A DNA stretch of 64,000 nt, from NCBI GenBank assembly GCA_963662435.1, contig OY759598.1, positions 3,132,507 to 3,196,506 on the forward strand. The letters run 5' to 3'. Source of the DNA: Dehalococcoidia bacterium (GTDB lineage: Bacteria; Chloroflexota; Dehalococcoidia; Lucifugimonadales; VXLM01). Below, piece after piece: positions 1 through 10,859 of this stretch. The number at the start of each line of letters is the position of its first letter. The first letter of the stretch is position 1. Both the position numbers and the translations under genes were made by a program. The notes below the pieces were generated by a model, which did no database searches, had not been told where the DNA came from, and saw only the letters and a list, made by a program, of their open reading frames with translations.

Positions 1-582
1 GCCTTCGTTCAGAGTCCACCCACGCTCGACCACAAGGTCCTCCTCAGGTTGCTCGACGAGGTTGACCTCGCCGATAGATTGCGCTTGGAAGACGGAACGG
101 CCGTCGGCGACGGCTTGGCTACGGCCGCAAATATGCTCAAGGACTCCCCGGTCGAGAACAAGCTCGTGACCCTGCTCACGGACGGCGTCAACAACGCCGG
201 CGACTTTGATCCCGTGACCGTCGCCACCGCAGCCGAAGCCCTCGACATCAAGGTCTATACCATCGGGATGGGCCGACCGAGCCGCTCTGCCGACCCGCAA
301 CTTGGCCCCTTCGGTGGAGGCGTCGTTATGCAGAACGCCAACCTTGACGAGGAGACACTCCAGCAAATCGCGACCATCACCGATGCCAAGTACTACCGCG
401 CAACGGACACCGAAGCGCTCCGTGGCATCTATGACGAGATCAACGCCCTGGAGAAGTCGGAGATTGAGGTCCTCCACTTCACCAGCTACCGAGAGCTCGC
501 GGGCTGGTTTCTGATACCCGCCCTTCTGGTCTTCCTTCTGGAACTGGTCCTATCCCAAACCGTTTTCCGAAAGATACCGTAG
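1..582 (+). CDS. batA: VWA-domain protein BatA (5' truncated by window)
   Basis: Frame open from base 1 (AFVQSPPTLDHK...). VWA motifs TAVGDGL, LLTDGVNN and IKVYTIGMG, plus a C-terminal TM helix. First gene of a batA-E-like cluster. Confidence 0.85.
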   Translation, partial: AFVQSPPTLDHKVLLRLLDEVDLADRLRLEDGTAVGDGLATAANMLKDSPVENKLVTLLTDGVNNAGDFDPVTVATAAEALDIKVYTIGMGRPSRSADPQLGPFGGGVVMQNANLDEETLQQIATITDAKYYRATDTEALRGIYDEINALEKSEIEVLHFTSYRELAGWFLIPALLVFLLELVLSQTVFRKIP

Positions 583-777
583 GCCAATGGCAATGCGTTC
601 TCACTTCACCATGAGTTCTCCTGTGACCCATTCCCAATGCTGTGTCCCAACTATTGCCGGAACGCCTAAATCAGGCCAGTCCGTTCGTGCTGAGCCTGCA
701 AAGGCGCGAGAGCGCAGCACTCTCTTCTTTCTAAGCTCACCCAGCACCCAACACCAAGCACCCAGAACCCACAACCC

Positions 778-1824
778 ATGACCTTCGCATCTCCACAATA
801 CCTATATGCCCTGGTCGCCCTTCCCGCGCTGATGGCCTTCGTCTGGTGGGCCTTCTCCCGTCGGGCCGCTACGGTGCGGCGAATCGGCGACCCGGCCCTC
901 ATCGAACGGCTCAGTCTGGCCGTCAACCGGGGGATGCGAAGACGCCGACTCGTCCTGTGGTTTATCGGTATCGCCCTCATCATCCTCGCCTTGGCCCGCC
1001 CGCAGTGGGGCAGCGACGTTCAGATCGTCGAGCAGCGCGGCGTGCAGGTTATGGTCGCGCTCGATATATCGCTCAGCATGCTGGCCCAGGACCTGAAGCC
1101 TTCCCGCCTCGAACGTGCAAAGCTTGAGATTTCCGACATGATGTCGAAGCTCACCGGCGACGAGGTGGGCATCGTCCTGTTCTCCGGCTCCAGCTTCATC
1201 CAGTTCCCCATGACGTTTGACTACGCGACCGCTCGGACCTACCTCCGCCACGCAAACCCATCGATAATCTCACGGCAGGGCACCGTCATTGAAAAGGCCA
1301 TTCGGACCTCCCTGACCGGATTCAGCGAAGAGCGCACAAGCCAGAAGATCATCGTTGTCATGACGGACGGAGAGAACCACGAAGGCGATCCCGTTGCGGC
1401 GGCACAGGAGGCCCGGGAGCAAGGCGCTGTCGTATACACCGTAGGCTTCGGTTCGCCGGAGGGCGAGCCGCTCCCCATATTCGATCTGTGGGGCAACGTC
1501 TCAGGCTACCGGGAGGACGACCAAGGCCAGGTAATCCTATCCAGGCTGGATGAGGCTACCCTGCAGCAGGTCGCCGACGCAGGCGGCGGTAAGTACTTCC
1601 GGGCTGTCGATCGCGGTGCCGTCGAGGGACTGGTTGACGAGATAGAGTCATTCCAGGATGAGAGCTTCCAGAGCGAGTTCAACCGCACCAAGATCGAGCG
1701 GTTCCAGATCTTCCTCCTTGCTGGCATCCTCTCGCTCGTTCTGGCCGAGATCATGTCAGACAGGCTCTCTATCTCGCTCTGGAGACGTCGCCCGTCCGCC
1801 GTCGAGGAGGCGGGCCATGCGTAA
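778..1824 (+). CDS. batB: VWA-domain protein BatB
   Basis: BatA-type N-terminus (MTFASPQYL...ALARPQWG), MIDAS motif DISLSM, and TDGENHEG. Confidence 0.85.
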   Translation: MTFASPQYLYALVALPALMAFVWWAFSRRAATVRRIGDPALIERLSLAVNRGMRRRRLVLWFIGIALIILALARPQWGSDVQIVEQRGVQVMVALDISLSMLAQDLKPSRLERAKLEISDMMSKLTGDEVGIVLFSGSSFIQFPMTFDYATARTYLRHANPSIISRQGTVIEKAIRTSLTGFSEERTSQKIIVVMTDGENHEGDPVAAAQEAREQGAVVYTVGFGSPEGEPLPIFDLWGNVSGYREDDQGQVILSRLDEATLQQVADAGGGKYFRAVDRGAVEGLVDEIESFQDESFQSEFNRTKIERFQIFLLAGILSLVLAEIMSDRLSISLWRRRPSAVEEAGHA

Positions 1825-2716
1825 TCGAGGGGACGCGAGACTAGCGTTTAGTCTCTCCCCCGCCGGGGGAGAGATACAGAGAGGGGGCGCGGGAAGTTAT
1901 TCCAGGGCCGCCAAACAGCTCTTGGCTGCCGCGACTGCACTCGCCCTGCTCCTTCTCGCCTGCACCCAGACCCCCGCGGACGTCAACAACGCAGGACATG
2001 AGCCGTTTGAGCAAGCGGAACTCGAAGCAACTCCCGGCGCGGCAATCGAGGCTTACAGTGAAGCCCTGAGTGCCTACGAGGATGCCCAGCTACGTGTTCC
2101 TGAAAAGGGTGAGCCGTACTACAACGCCGGGAACACCCTCTATCGGATGGAGGACTATGAGGGGGCCCTGAGAGAGTACGACGATGCTCTGATATGGGCG
2201 GAAGACGACCTCCGGGCGAAGGGGTTCTTCAACAAGGGTAACGTATACTTTGATACGGAGCAGTATCCACTGGCGATCGAGGAATACAAGAAGGTACTCA
2301 GGATCGATCCCGACAACGAGGACGCCAAGCACAACCTCGAACTGGCGATGTCGATGCTCCCGCAGCAGGAAGAGCAGGAACAGGGAGAAGAGTCCGAAGA
2401 GAACGACCAGCAAGGCCCCGAACAGCAGGAGCAGGAACAACAGGACCAACAGCAGGACCAGCAGCAAGAAGGACCTGAGAACGAGGAAGAGCAACAGGAA
2501 GAACAGCAGGACGAAGAGCAGGAGGGTGAAGAGGGAGACCAGGAAGAGGACGAACAGCCTCAACAACAGCCCCAACCTCGCCCGCAGACCGAGCCGATTA
2601 CCGAGGAGCAGGCGAGACAGCTCCTCCAAAGCGTCGCCGACGACGCGGAAACGCTCCAGGAGCGACTGCAGCAGGTCCTCGTCTCGCCTGAGCCCACACC
2701 CGTCAACCCTTGGTAG
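1817..2716 (+). CDS. batC: TPR protein BatC-like, probable lipoprotein with Q/E-rich linker
   Basis: ATG at 1817 follows GAGGAGG and overlaps the batB stop. LLLAC lipobox-like motif, TPRs (YYNAGNTLYR, FNKGNVYF, DAKHNLELA), Gln/Glu-rich tract and terminal NPW. Confidence 0.8.
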   Translation: MRNRGDARLAFSLSPAGGEIQRGGAGSYSRAAKQLLAAATALALLLLACTQTPADVNNAGHEPFEQAELEATPGAAIEAYSEALSAYEDAQLRVPEKGEPYYNAGNTLYRMEDYEGALREYDDALIWAEDDLRAKGFFNKGNVYFDTEQYPLAIEEYKKVLRIDPDNEDAKHNLELAMSMLPQQEEQEQGEESEENDQQGPEQQEQEQQDQQQDQQQEGPENEEEQQEEQQDEEQEGEEGDQEEDEQPQQQPQPRPQTEPITEEQARQLLQSVADDAETLQERLQQVLVSPEPTPVNPW

Positions 2717-4509
2717 ACATCAACGTGCGACACACTCGAACCATACGAATCGCCCTCGCTGGCATCGTCCTTGCCGCCGCGCTCGTGGCCGTGGCAACGC
2801 CCGCCGCCTACGCACAACAGCAGCAGGACGTTGAAGTCAACGCTGAAGTCGACAAGACGGAGCTTGCCGTTGGTGAGGAATTCACCCTCAGGGTGAACGT
2901 AAACGGGTCGCTGAATCCCCAAGCCCCTGCTGTCCCCCAGTACGATGGCATCCGGCGCCTCGGTCCCCCCTCGATGCAGAGGCAAACATGGATTCGAGAC
3001 GGAGTGGGTGGTTCCACCGTTTCGTTCTTCTATCAGTACCGCGCCACGGAAGTGGGCAAGGTAACAATCGATCCGATATCGGTTACCGTCAGCGGGGAGA
3101 CGTATGAGACGGAATCGATCGAGGTTGAAGTATTCCGTGGGCTTGCCGTTCCGACCCCGGTCCCCGGCCAAGCCGATGCCTCGTCCGAAGATGCCTCGTC
3201 GACCGACAGCAGCATGTTCGTCGTCGCCGAAGTCGACAACGACAAGCCGTACCTCGGTGAGCAGATCACCTTCTCGTTCAAGTTCTACCGTCGTTCGGTC
3301 CTCTTCCCCTCCTTCGGAAGATACGGCCAGCCACGCTTCTCCCCGCCTGGATTCACTGGATTCTGGAACGGTGAGGAGACCGAACAGGAAGAATATACCG
3401 AGACTATAGACGGGAGGCGGTACCAGGTTGTCGAACTTGAGACCATCATCTTCCCGACGGTGGTCGGCACCCTCGTTATCGAACCCGCAGGCTTGACGGT
3501 GCCAATCGATTTCTTCGAGTCGCCCAATTATCTGGAGACCGATCCAGTGGTCATCGAGGTGCAGCCCCTGCCCCCTGCCGCCCCCGCTGGCTTCACGGGC
3601 GCTGTGGGTAGCTTCGATGTCACAGCGGTGGTGGACGACACGAACGGCAGGGTCAATGAACCCGTGCAGCTCACAGTGACAGTGACTGGCGAGGGCAACA
3701 TTGAGACCCTCCCCGATCCCGACTGGCCCGACTTCATAGACTGGCGAGTCTTCGAATCCCCCTCAAACTCGTCGAGCCGCGTCTTCGATGGAAGGATGAT
3801 CGGAAGCCGCGTCTACGAGACCGTCTTGGTGCCGGAGAAGTCCGGCATGCTGACCGTCCCCGAGATCGGCTACACCTACTTCGATCCCAGCGTAGATGAG
3901 TACGTGGAGGCCATAACCGATCCAATCGTCATGTCAATTGAAGTTGGTGACGGACTGTCTTCGCAGCCGTCGTCAACGGGGGGCTCGGCGGTCGAACGTG
4001 CAGGCTCGGACGTGCGGCACATCAAGCCCGTTCCGTCGTCTCTCGGCCAGTCGGGAACGGCGCTGACAGGGAGCCTCCTGTACTGGGCCGCATGGACGGT
4101 CCCACTCATCGCGCTCGCCGGAGCTGTGGCTCTGCGCCGCCGACAAGCGGCCTCGGAAAGTGGTCGCGCCGCCGCCCTGAGGCGGAACGCTCTAGCAAAT
4201 GCTCTGGACTCTCTGGCAAGAGCGGGAGAGTCCGGTGCGGATCCGCGCGTCGTCGTTGCCGATATCCTCTCCGACTACCTCTCCACCAGGCTCGATCTCC
4301 AGGTGGCCGGCCTGACGCACGAGGCGCTCGACCAGCGGCTGCAGGCCCTCGGTGTTCCGCTTGAACTCGCCCTGAAGGTCGAAGGTATCCTGGGTGCCGC
4401 CGAGGTGGCGAAGTATGCCCCCGAGATTGGCGACTCCATGGCGGCGGAGGCGCACTTCGAACGCGCTGCACAGCTCCTCAAGGACATCAACGAGGCCATA
4501 AGCGCATGA
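2710..4509 (+). CDS. batD: BatD-family protein
   Basis: Signal peptide, repeated beta-rich domains (FTGAVGSF, VTGEGNI), C-terminal TM. Position in the bat operon. Exact start uncertain (2710 or 2725). Confidence 0.8.
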   Translation: MVDINVRHTRTIRIALAGIVLAAALVAVATPAAYAQQQQDVEVNAEVDKTELAVGEEFTLRVNVNGSLNPQAPAVPQYDGIRRLGPPSMQRQTWIRDGVGGSTVSFFYQYRATEVGKVTIDPISVTVSGETYETESIEVEVFRGLAVPTPVPGQADASSEDASSTDSSMFVVAEVDNDKPYLGEQITFSFKFYRRSVLFPSFGRYGQPRFSPPGFTGFWNGEETEQEEYTETIDGRRYQVVELETIIFPTVVGTLVIEPAGLTVPIDFFESPNYLETDPVVIEVQPLPPAAPAGFTGAVGSFDVTAVVDDTNGRVNEPVQLTVTVTGEGNIETLPDPDWPDFIDWRVFESPSNSSSRVFDGRMIGSRVYETVLVPEKSGMLTVPEIGYTYFDPSVDEYVEAITDPIVMSIEVGDGLSSQPSSTGGSAVERAGSDVRHIKPVPSSLGQSGTALTGSLLYWAAWTVPLIALAGAVALRRRQAASESGRAAALRRNALANALDSLARAGESGADPRVVVADILSDYLSTRLDLQVAGLTHEALDQRLQALGVPLELALKVEGILGAAEVAKYAPEIGDSMAAEAHFERAAQLLKDINEAISA

Positions 4510-5306
4510 AATGGTCCCCACGAAATCTCGCTGTTCCCCTGGCCGCCTTTGGCGCGGTCTTCGCTGTAGTTGGTGTGGCCCTGGCCCAGTCACCGTCGCC
4601 ATCCGATCTCATGGAAGAGGCAAACACGCTGTACGAGCGCGGGGAGTTTGCCGGAGCCGCCCAGCAGTACGAGGCCCTTCTCGACCAGGGCTATGCCGAT
4701 GCAGACATCTACTACAATCTCGGAAACGCTCACTACAAGAATGGCGACCTTGGACGTGCCGTCTTGAACTTCCTGCGGGCCGAGGAACTCTCGCCACGCG
4801 ACTCTGATATCAAGGCCAACCTCGATTTTACACGCGGCAAGACGGTCGACCGCGTCGAGCCGGGCGGCGGATCATTCGTCGCCGGAGTCTCCGGATTCGC
4901 GCGAGGTTGGGCTACCACAGGAGAGGTGGGAGCAACTGCCCTCCTGCTCTGGTTAGTCAGCGCGGCAGCGATGGGACTGCTCATCGTTTGGCGTGGCATA
5001 CCAAGAAGGAATGTCCTTCGCAATGGAGCAGTGGCCGCGTCGGTCGTGACGTTCGCAATGTTCATAGTCCTGCTGACCATGCTGTACGCCAACCCGAACG
5101 ACGATTCTGGCGTCATCGTGGAGACTACGGTCGATGTCATGAGCGGGCCTGGCGACCAGTATGAAACGGAGTTCACGCTCAACAGCGGTGCGCAGGTGCG
5201 TCTGGTGGACACACGCCAGGGATGGGTGCGGATCGCCCTTCCCGGCGACGACCTCCAGGGCTGGGCGCCCTCTAACGCCGTCGAGGCCATCAGGCCCGGC
5301 GGCTAG
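4506..5306 (+). CDS. batE: TPR + SH3b protein BatE
   Basis: YYNLGNAHYK TPR, two TM helices and SH3b-like tail (SGPGDQYE...GWVRI...GW). ATGA overlap with batD. Confidence 0.8.
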   Translation: MKWSPRNLAVPLAAFGAVFAVVGVALAQSPSPSDLMEEANTLYERGEFAGAAQQYEALLDQGYADADIYYNLGNAHYKNGDLGRAVLNFLRAEELSPRDSDIKANLDFTRGKTVDRVEPGGGSFVAGVSGFARGWATTGEVGATALLLWLVSAAAMGLLIVWRGIPRRNVLRNGAVAASVVTFAMFIVLLTMLYANPNDDSGVIVETTVDVMSGPGDQYETEFTLNSGAQVRLVDTRQGWVRIALPGDDLQGWAPSNAVEAIRPGG

Positions 5307-5900
5307 ACAAGTCACATCCAGGTATTCGGAGCCGCCATACCGGACTAGGAACGTCACCCCGTACCACGATACGGGGCCGCTATCCAGGATGGCGGGGTGT
5401 CTGGGTTGGTGCAATTTCTGGGTTGTATGGCCTCCCTTCCCGAATCCCAGTCGACGCAAAGAAGTTCGAGGGGTGGTTACGCTCCCATTCGTGGAAACAC
5501 ACGCGACGGCCGCAAAGAGGGCGAGTGGCTCATCCACCGCGCCGACGGCCTGCAGGTGGAGCGTATCGTCTACGACCGAGGCCGCATCGTCGAACGCGTC
5601 GCGCTCCTCGACACGGAGTAGTTCACGGTCGGAAACGGACGGCAGTCTGCAGTCCCAGGTGCCGTTGCCGACTCAAGCCTATACAGAATCGGCACTGGCG
5701 CTTCTCCGCAAGGCGTACGTTCGTCTTGAGCATTGTTACGCCCTGCGCTCGGGGCCATTCCAAGTTGCCAGTATCAAGGGAACGCAGGCAAAAGAAAGTC
5801 CGTTCGGCCTGAGCCTGTCGAAGGCTGTAGATGGCGGTGCACCGTCGCTGTCCTGAGCAGTTACTTGAAAGCCAGTCGAAGGGCCAAGGTACTCCTAACC

Positions 5901-7913
5901 CTAGCCCTCTCCACGCATCCCTGGCGGAGGGCCACCACCCGGCCTCCGGCCTCCACGTCGGGGGCCTCCCTCTCCCATTCGCCCCCTTCCCGCCCAATCA
6001 CCGGGCCCGCCGGGCCCACCGGGACGCATAGCCCCCGGCCTTCCCCCGCCGCCCTGCCGGCCACGCCCTTGCCCTTCAGGGCCGTCGAGCGACTGCAGCC
6101 GCGCGTACAGACCGTTGCGGGCCATGAGCTCGTCGTGCTTACCCTGCTCCACTATTCGGCCTTCATCGAGCACGACGATCGAGTCCGCGTTCCTGATCGT
6201 GGAGAGACGGTGCGCGATGACGACAGCCGTCCTCCCCTCCAGCATGTCCGCCAGCGCCCGCTGGATCTGCATCTCTGAGTTTGTATCGACGTTCGCCGTC
6301 GCCTCATCCAGAATCAGCACGTGCGGCTCTCCGACGATGGCGCGAGCGAAGCTGATGAGTTGGCGCTGGCCGATGCTGAGATTCCCTCCGCGCTCCTGTA
6401 ACGGCGTGTCGTATCCGTTCTCGAGATTCATGATGAACTCGTGCGCGCCGACCGCCTTCGCCGAATTCACAACCTGCTCATCGGTCACGCCATCACGGTT
6501 GTAGCGGATGTTCTCAGCCACCGTCGACCCGGAAAACAGGTACGGCTCTTGGGGAACTACGCTCACCTGCCGGTAGAGCGATTCGAGGGCGATGTCGCGG
6601 ATGTCCACGCCGTCGATCGAAATCCGGCCCGACTTCACGTCGTAGAGCCGTAGGAGCAGCGAGACCATGGTCGTCTTCCCTGCGCCGGTCGGCCCGACGA
6701 GAGCTACCGTCTGCCCTGCCGTGATCTTCAGGTCGACGCCTTGGAGCACCGGCTCGTCCTCCTCGTAGTGGAAGCCGACTCCCTCGTAGCTGATCTCCCC
6801 CTTGACTGACGGAAGATCGATCGCGTCGTCCTTCTCCTCGACATCGGGGTTCATATCCAGTATCTCGAAAATACGCTCTCCGGAGACCATGGCGCGCTGG
6901 AGCGAACCGTACTCCTGCGTCAACGTGCGTACGGGCTCGAAGAACCGCTGGATGAAGAGCGCGAAGGCCACGAGTACTCCCGGCTGTATCGTCTCCTGGA
7001 ACACCATGTACCCGCCGAAGAACACCACCAGGGCGAGTCCCAGCGACGTGAGCAGCTCCACCGTGGGCAGGAGAGCCGCGGAGAGACGGCTCGCCTGCAG
7101 GTTGGCCTGGAGGTTCTCGACGTTCGAGCGCTGGAATCGGCGGATGTTCGTTTCCTCGCGATTCAGGCTCTGGACGACGCGGACGCCGGAAATGTTCTCC
7201 TGCAGGCCGGAGTTCACCTCCGCAATCGCCGTGCGGACTCGCATGAACGACCGTCGGGCGAATCGCTGCCAGATATTCAACGCGATGAAGAGGATTGGAA
7301 TTACCGAAAGGGTGATGAGCGCAAGCAGCGCATTCATGTACACCATTGCCGCGATTATCCCAATCAGGCTGAGGACCTGCCCCAGACTGTTGACGAAGAT
7401 GGAAATCACCTCTTGAAGCTGGCGAACGTCGTTCTGCACGCGCGACATGATGCGACCGGTCTCGTTCTTGTCGAAGAACGACATCGAAAGCCGCTGGATG
7501 TGATTGAAGAGTTCCACCCGGAGCGTTCGCAGCACGTCCTGACCTGCCAGGGCCATCAGGCGCATGTTGAGATAGCTGGACAGGAACTGCACGATCGCTA
7601 TGGCGAGAAATAGCCCGACCGCCAAGTTCAGCCCGGACAGATCGCCCGTCCGGATGAAGCCGTCTATAACCCATGCGACAATGAGTGGTAGTCCTACAAC
7701 GGTCACGGTGTAGACCATCGTCGCTATGAAGGCAATCGCAACGAGCGTCCCATACGGACGAAAGTACCCGAGCAAGCGCATCACCACACGATGGTCGTAC
7801 AGCCTCCCGTCTTCGTCTTGGTCGAGGCCCATTTCGCCCATGCGACGAATCGCGCCCGGCCCCACTCCGCCTGAAAAGCCGCCTCTCCCGTAGTAGCCTC
7901 CTCCTCCCATCAT
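5901..7913 (-). CDS. ABC exporter, fused permease/ATPase
   Basis: TM domain plus Walker A GPTGAGKT, signature LSIGQRQ, Walker B LILDEAT and AHRLST. Confidence 0.93.
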   Translation of the reverse strand: MMGGGGYYGRGGFSGGVGPGAIRRMGEMGLDQDEDGRLYDHRVVMRLLGYFRPYGTLVAIAFIATMVYTVTVVGLPLIVAWVIDGFIRTGDLSGLNLAVGLFLAIAIVQFLSSYLNMRLMALAGQDVLRTLRVELFNHIQRLSMSFFDKNETGRIMSRVQNDVRQLQEVISIFVNSLGQVLSLIGIIAAMVYMNALLALITLSVIPILFIALNIWQRFARRSFMRVRTAIAEVNSGLQENISGVRVVQSLNREETNIRRFQRSNVENLQANLQASRLSAALLPTVELLTSLGLALVVFFGGYMVFQETIQPGVLVAFALFIQRFFEPVRTLTQEYGSLQRAMVSGERIFEILDMNPDVEEKDDAIDLPSVKGEISYEGVGFHYEEDEPVLQGVDLKITAGQTVALVGPTGAGKTTMVSLLLRLYDVKSGRISIDGVDIRDIALESLYRQVSVVPQEPYLFSGSTVAENIRYNRDGVTDEQVVNSAKAVGAHEFIMNLENGYDTPLQERGGNLSIGQRQLISFARAIVGEPHVLILDEATANVDTNSEMQIQRALADMLEGRTAVVIAHRLSTIRNADSIVVLDEGRIVEQGKHDELMARNGLYARLQSLDGPEGQGRGRQGGGGRPGAMRPGGPGGPGDWAGRGRMGEGGPRRGGRRPGGGPPPGMRGEG

Positions 7914-7947
7914 GGTTGCAGCCTCCCGTATCCCTTCACTGGGTGCA

Positions 7948-8433
7948 TTAGGTACACTTGCGCCCCTCTTCGCCGCACTTGTCCGACTCCGCCGAAGTCT
8001 GCCGCGCCATGGCGTCGACCAACAGGTCCAACGCTGGAGCAATCTTCTTCAGGTCATCCTGCGTTAGCGGCTCCGCAATTGCCTCGAATCGTACCGCTCC
8101 CAACCGTGAAAACCGGTCAAGGATCTCAAGGCCCGAATCTGTAATCCGGCAAAGAACGACGCGACGGTCCGACGGATCGGGTACGCGCTCGACGTACGCT
8201 TTCTTCACGAGCCGGTCGATCATGCTGGTTGCCGAGGGCATTCCCCTTCTCTGGTTGTCGGATATATCCTTCATGCGTTGCGGGCCGCGACTCAGAAAAT
8301 ACAGAGTCCGGATCTGCGGCATGGTCATGTCGAACCCGGCCAGATCGTCCCGCATCCGCGCCCTGCCGAGCTTGGTCATCCGGTTCATGCTCGCGGCAAT
8401 TTGGTCGATCAGCTCTTTTCTGTCGGAGTCCAT
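7948..8433 (-). CDS. MarR-family transcriptional regulator
   Basis: wHTH with TSMIDRLVKK...DPSDRRVV. Lies upstream of the exporter. Confidence 0.9.
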   Translation of the reverse strand: MDSDRKELIDQIAASMNRMTKLGRARMRDDLAGFDMTMPQIRTLYFLSRGPQRMKDISDNQRRGMPSATSMIDRLVKKAYVERVPDPSDRRVVLCRITDSGLEILDRFSRLGAVRFEAIAEPLTQDDLKKIAPALDLLVDAMARQTSAESDKCGEEGRKCT

Positions 8434-8850
8434 CGCTGCCCTTTTAGTTTCACTAACTCGAAGTATCCTACCATGTCGAACCATTCCCGTCAACGGCCCT
8501 TTTCGAAAACGGTGGTATCAGAAGAGTGCCCTGCACGTCCCAACGTCTCCCGCGCCGGGGGAGATATACAGAGAGCGGGCACCATCCCCATCCGAGGCAA
8601 CGGCCCTTACACCTAACTTCGAATCACCGAATCGCAGAAAGGAATGTCCAGAAATGTCCGCAAATGTCCGGCTATTTCCGGGCCCTCGGACTTCAACGTC
8701 CGCCCCTACCGGATCTCTTCCACGCAGGGAGATGCACCACCACGAATCTCTCACCCGTCGGGAGAGACACAGAGAATGCCCACAAGCCCCAAACTTCCGA
8801 CCCCACGAATGTATGGTAGAGTTGTTGCCGACTACAATGCGGAGGCCGAG

Positions 8851-9624
8851 ATGAAGATCGTTCGATACGAAACAGACGGCGCGGCGACCTATGGAGTGCT
8901 TGAAGATGACGGCTCGATCCGGGAGCTCGTCGGCTCGCCGTTCCAGGACTTTTCCGTGGGCGACGCTGTGGCCGACTTTGATGCCGTTCGAGTGCTTCCA
9001 CCCGTCGAGCCCCGCAAGATCATCGGCGTCGGCCTCAACTACACCAAGCATATCGAGGAAATCGGGATGAACGAGCCCGAATTCCCCATGCTGTTTATGA
9101 AGCCCAACACCGGCGTCATCGGCCACGGTGACGCCATAGTCCTGCCCAGGGAGAGCAAGCAGACCGAGTACGAATGTGAGCTGACCATCGTCATCGGTAA
9201 GGACACCCGCCGGGTGTCCGAGGAAGACGCCCTCGACTACGTACTCGGTTACACGTGCGGCAACGACGTGAGCGAGCGAACAATCCAGTTCCCCGAGATG
9301 AAGATGGGCGCGATGCTCATCGGCAAGGGGTTCGACACCTTCTGCCCGCTCGGCCCGGTAATCGCCACCGGACTCGACCCATCCGATCTCCGACTGCAGA
9401 CCAGGCTCAACGGCGAGACCAGGCAGGACGGCAGCACGTCTGACCTCCTGTTTTCCGTCCGTAAGCTCGTCTCCTATATCAGCGAGGCCATGACGCTCCA
9501 GCCCGGCGACTGCATCCTCACCGGAACGCCGTCAGGCGTAGGCCCAATGGCCCCCGGCGACGTGGTAGAGCTCGAAATCGAAGGCGTCGGCGTACTCAGC
9601 AACCCCGTCGTAGCCGAGGCGTAG
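8851..9624 (+). CDS. Fumarylacetoacetate hydrolase family protein
   Basis: GLNY..H, YECEL, GYTCGNDVSER, GKGFDTFCPLGP and LTGTPSGV motifs. GGAGG RBS before ATG 8851. Confidence 0.93.
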   Translation: MKIVRYETDGAATYGVLEDDGSIRELVGSPFQDFSVGDAVADFDAVRVLPPVEPRKIIGVGLNYTKHIEEIGMNEPEFPMLFMKPNTGVIGHGDAIVLPRESKQTEYECELTIVIGKDTRRVSEEDALDYVLGYTCGNDVSERTIQFPEMKMGAMLIGKGFDTFCPLGPVIATGLDPSDLRLQTRLNGETRQDGSTSDLLFSVRKLVSYISEAMTLQPGDCILTGTPSGVGPMAPGDVVELEIEGVGVLSNPVVAEA

Positions 9625-9668
9625 TCCGTCATCGGGATATATACCCCATATTGAATCAGGGAGCTACG

Positions 9669-10823
9669 ATGCCTAAACCGCGAATCACGAAGGTAGAGTT
9701 CGAAACGTTCACCTACGAGCTGTCCGACCTGGGTCAGGGTGAGCATGGTCCGACCTACTTGCCCGGCCAGTCGATCACCAACACCGCGTACGCCATCACG
9801 ATTTCGACAAACGTCGGGGTAGCCGGAGAGTTCGTGTTCAGCGGACCCATTGAGTATGCCGGGGCCTGTGTCGTCGCCGAGATGCTCGTCGGCCAGGACC
9901 CGCTTGAACGAGAATACATCTATACCCGCATCAAGCAGAGGATGCGTCAGCAGGCCGAGATCGGTATCGCTCCCGTCGACATCGCCCTCTGGGACCTCGC
10001 CGGCAAATACCACCGTGCCCCGATCCACCGGCTTCTCGGCGGCTACCGCAAGACCCTCCCGACCTATCCGGCAAGCGTACACGCCACCGAGAACGACGAG
10101 CTCAAGTCCCCCGAGGAGATGGCCGACTTCGCCGAACAGTGTAAGGAGTTGGGCTACCCTGCCTTCAAGATACACGGCTGGGAGAACGGCGAGCCGAACC
10201 GCGAGGCCGAGACGATCCTGGCGCTCCGCGACCGCGTGGGGTCGGATATGGACTTGATGTCCGACCCGTACAACGCCCTCCTCACATTTGGTGACGCAAT
10301 CAAGGTCGGCCGCGCCTGCGATGAGGCGGGCTACTTCTGGTACGAAGACCCGTTGGCGGACGGCGGAATATCGCAGTTCGCACATAGCAAGCTCCGGGAA
10401 CTGCTCGTCACTCCTATGCTCCTCACAGAGCACGTGCGAGGCCTGGAAGCCCGCGTTGACTTCATGGTCAACGGCGCGACCGACTTCGTCCGCGGCGACG
10501 TGCAGTACATGGGCATCACAGCGACGATGAAGCTTGCCCATGCCGCCGAAGGCCTCGGCCTCGATATTGAGATGCACAGCCCGGGCCCGGCCCAACGCCA
10601 GTGCATGGCCGCCATTCGGAACACGAACTACTACGAGCTGTCAGGCACCCGGCCAAAGGGCCCAAACGCCAACTACATCCCCGTCTACGCCGACGATTAC
10701 GTCGACCAGCTTGATGCCGCCGTGGATGGCCACTTCCCCGTGCCACAAGGCCCCGGACTCGGCGTGGTGTACGACTGGGAGAAGATCCGTCGCAGCAGCC
10801 TGGGCACGAAAGTCTTCGACTAG
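9669..10823 (+). CDS. Mandelate racemase/muconate lactonizing enzyme family protein
   Basis: VDIALWDLAGK, AFKIH, WYEDP and C-terminal PGLGV motifs. Confidence 0.9.
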   Translation: MPKPRITKVEFETFTYELSDLGQGEHGPTYLPGQSITNTAYAITISTNVGVAGEFVFSGPIEYAGACVVAEMLVGQDPLEREYIYTRIKQRMRQQAEIGIAPVDIALWDLAGKYHRAPIHRLLGGYRKTLPTYPASVHATENDELKSPEEMADFAEQCKELGYPAFKIHGWENGEPNREAETILALRDRVGSDMDLMSDPYNALLTFGDAIKVGRACDEAGYFWYEDPLADGGISQFAHSKLRELLVTPMLLTEHVRGLEARVDFMVNGATDFVRGDVQYMGITATMKLAHAAEGLGLDIEMHSPGPAQRQCMAAIRNTNYYELSGTRPKGPNANYIPVYADDYVDQLDAAVDGHFPVPQGPGLGVVYDWEKIRRSSLGTKVFD

Positions 10824-10859
10824 AGACGTCCAATCTCCCCTCTTACTCCGCCCCTGATC

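Noticed and set aside
5397..5621. Short ORF with MORN-like fragment (DGRKEGEW)
   Set aside because: No convincing start or RBS. It is possibly a gene remnant, too weak to call.
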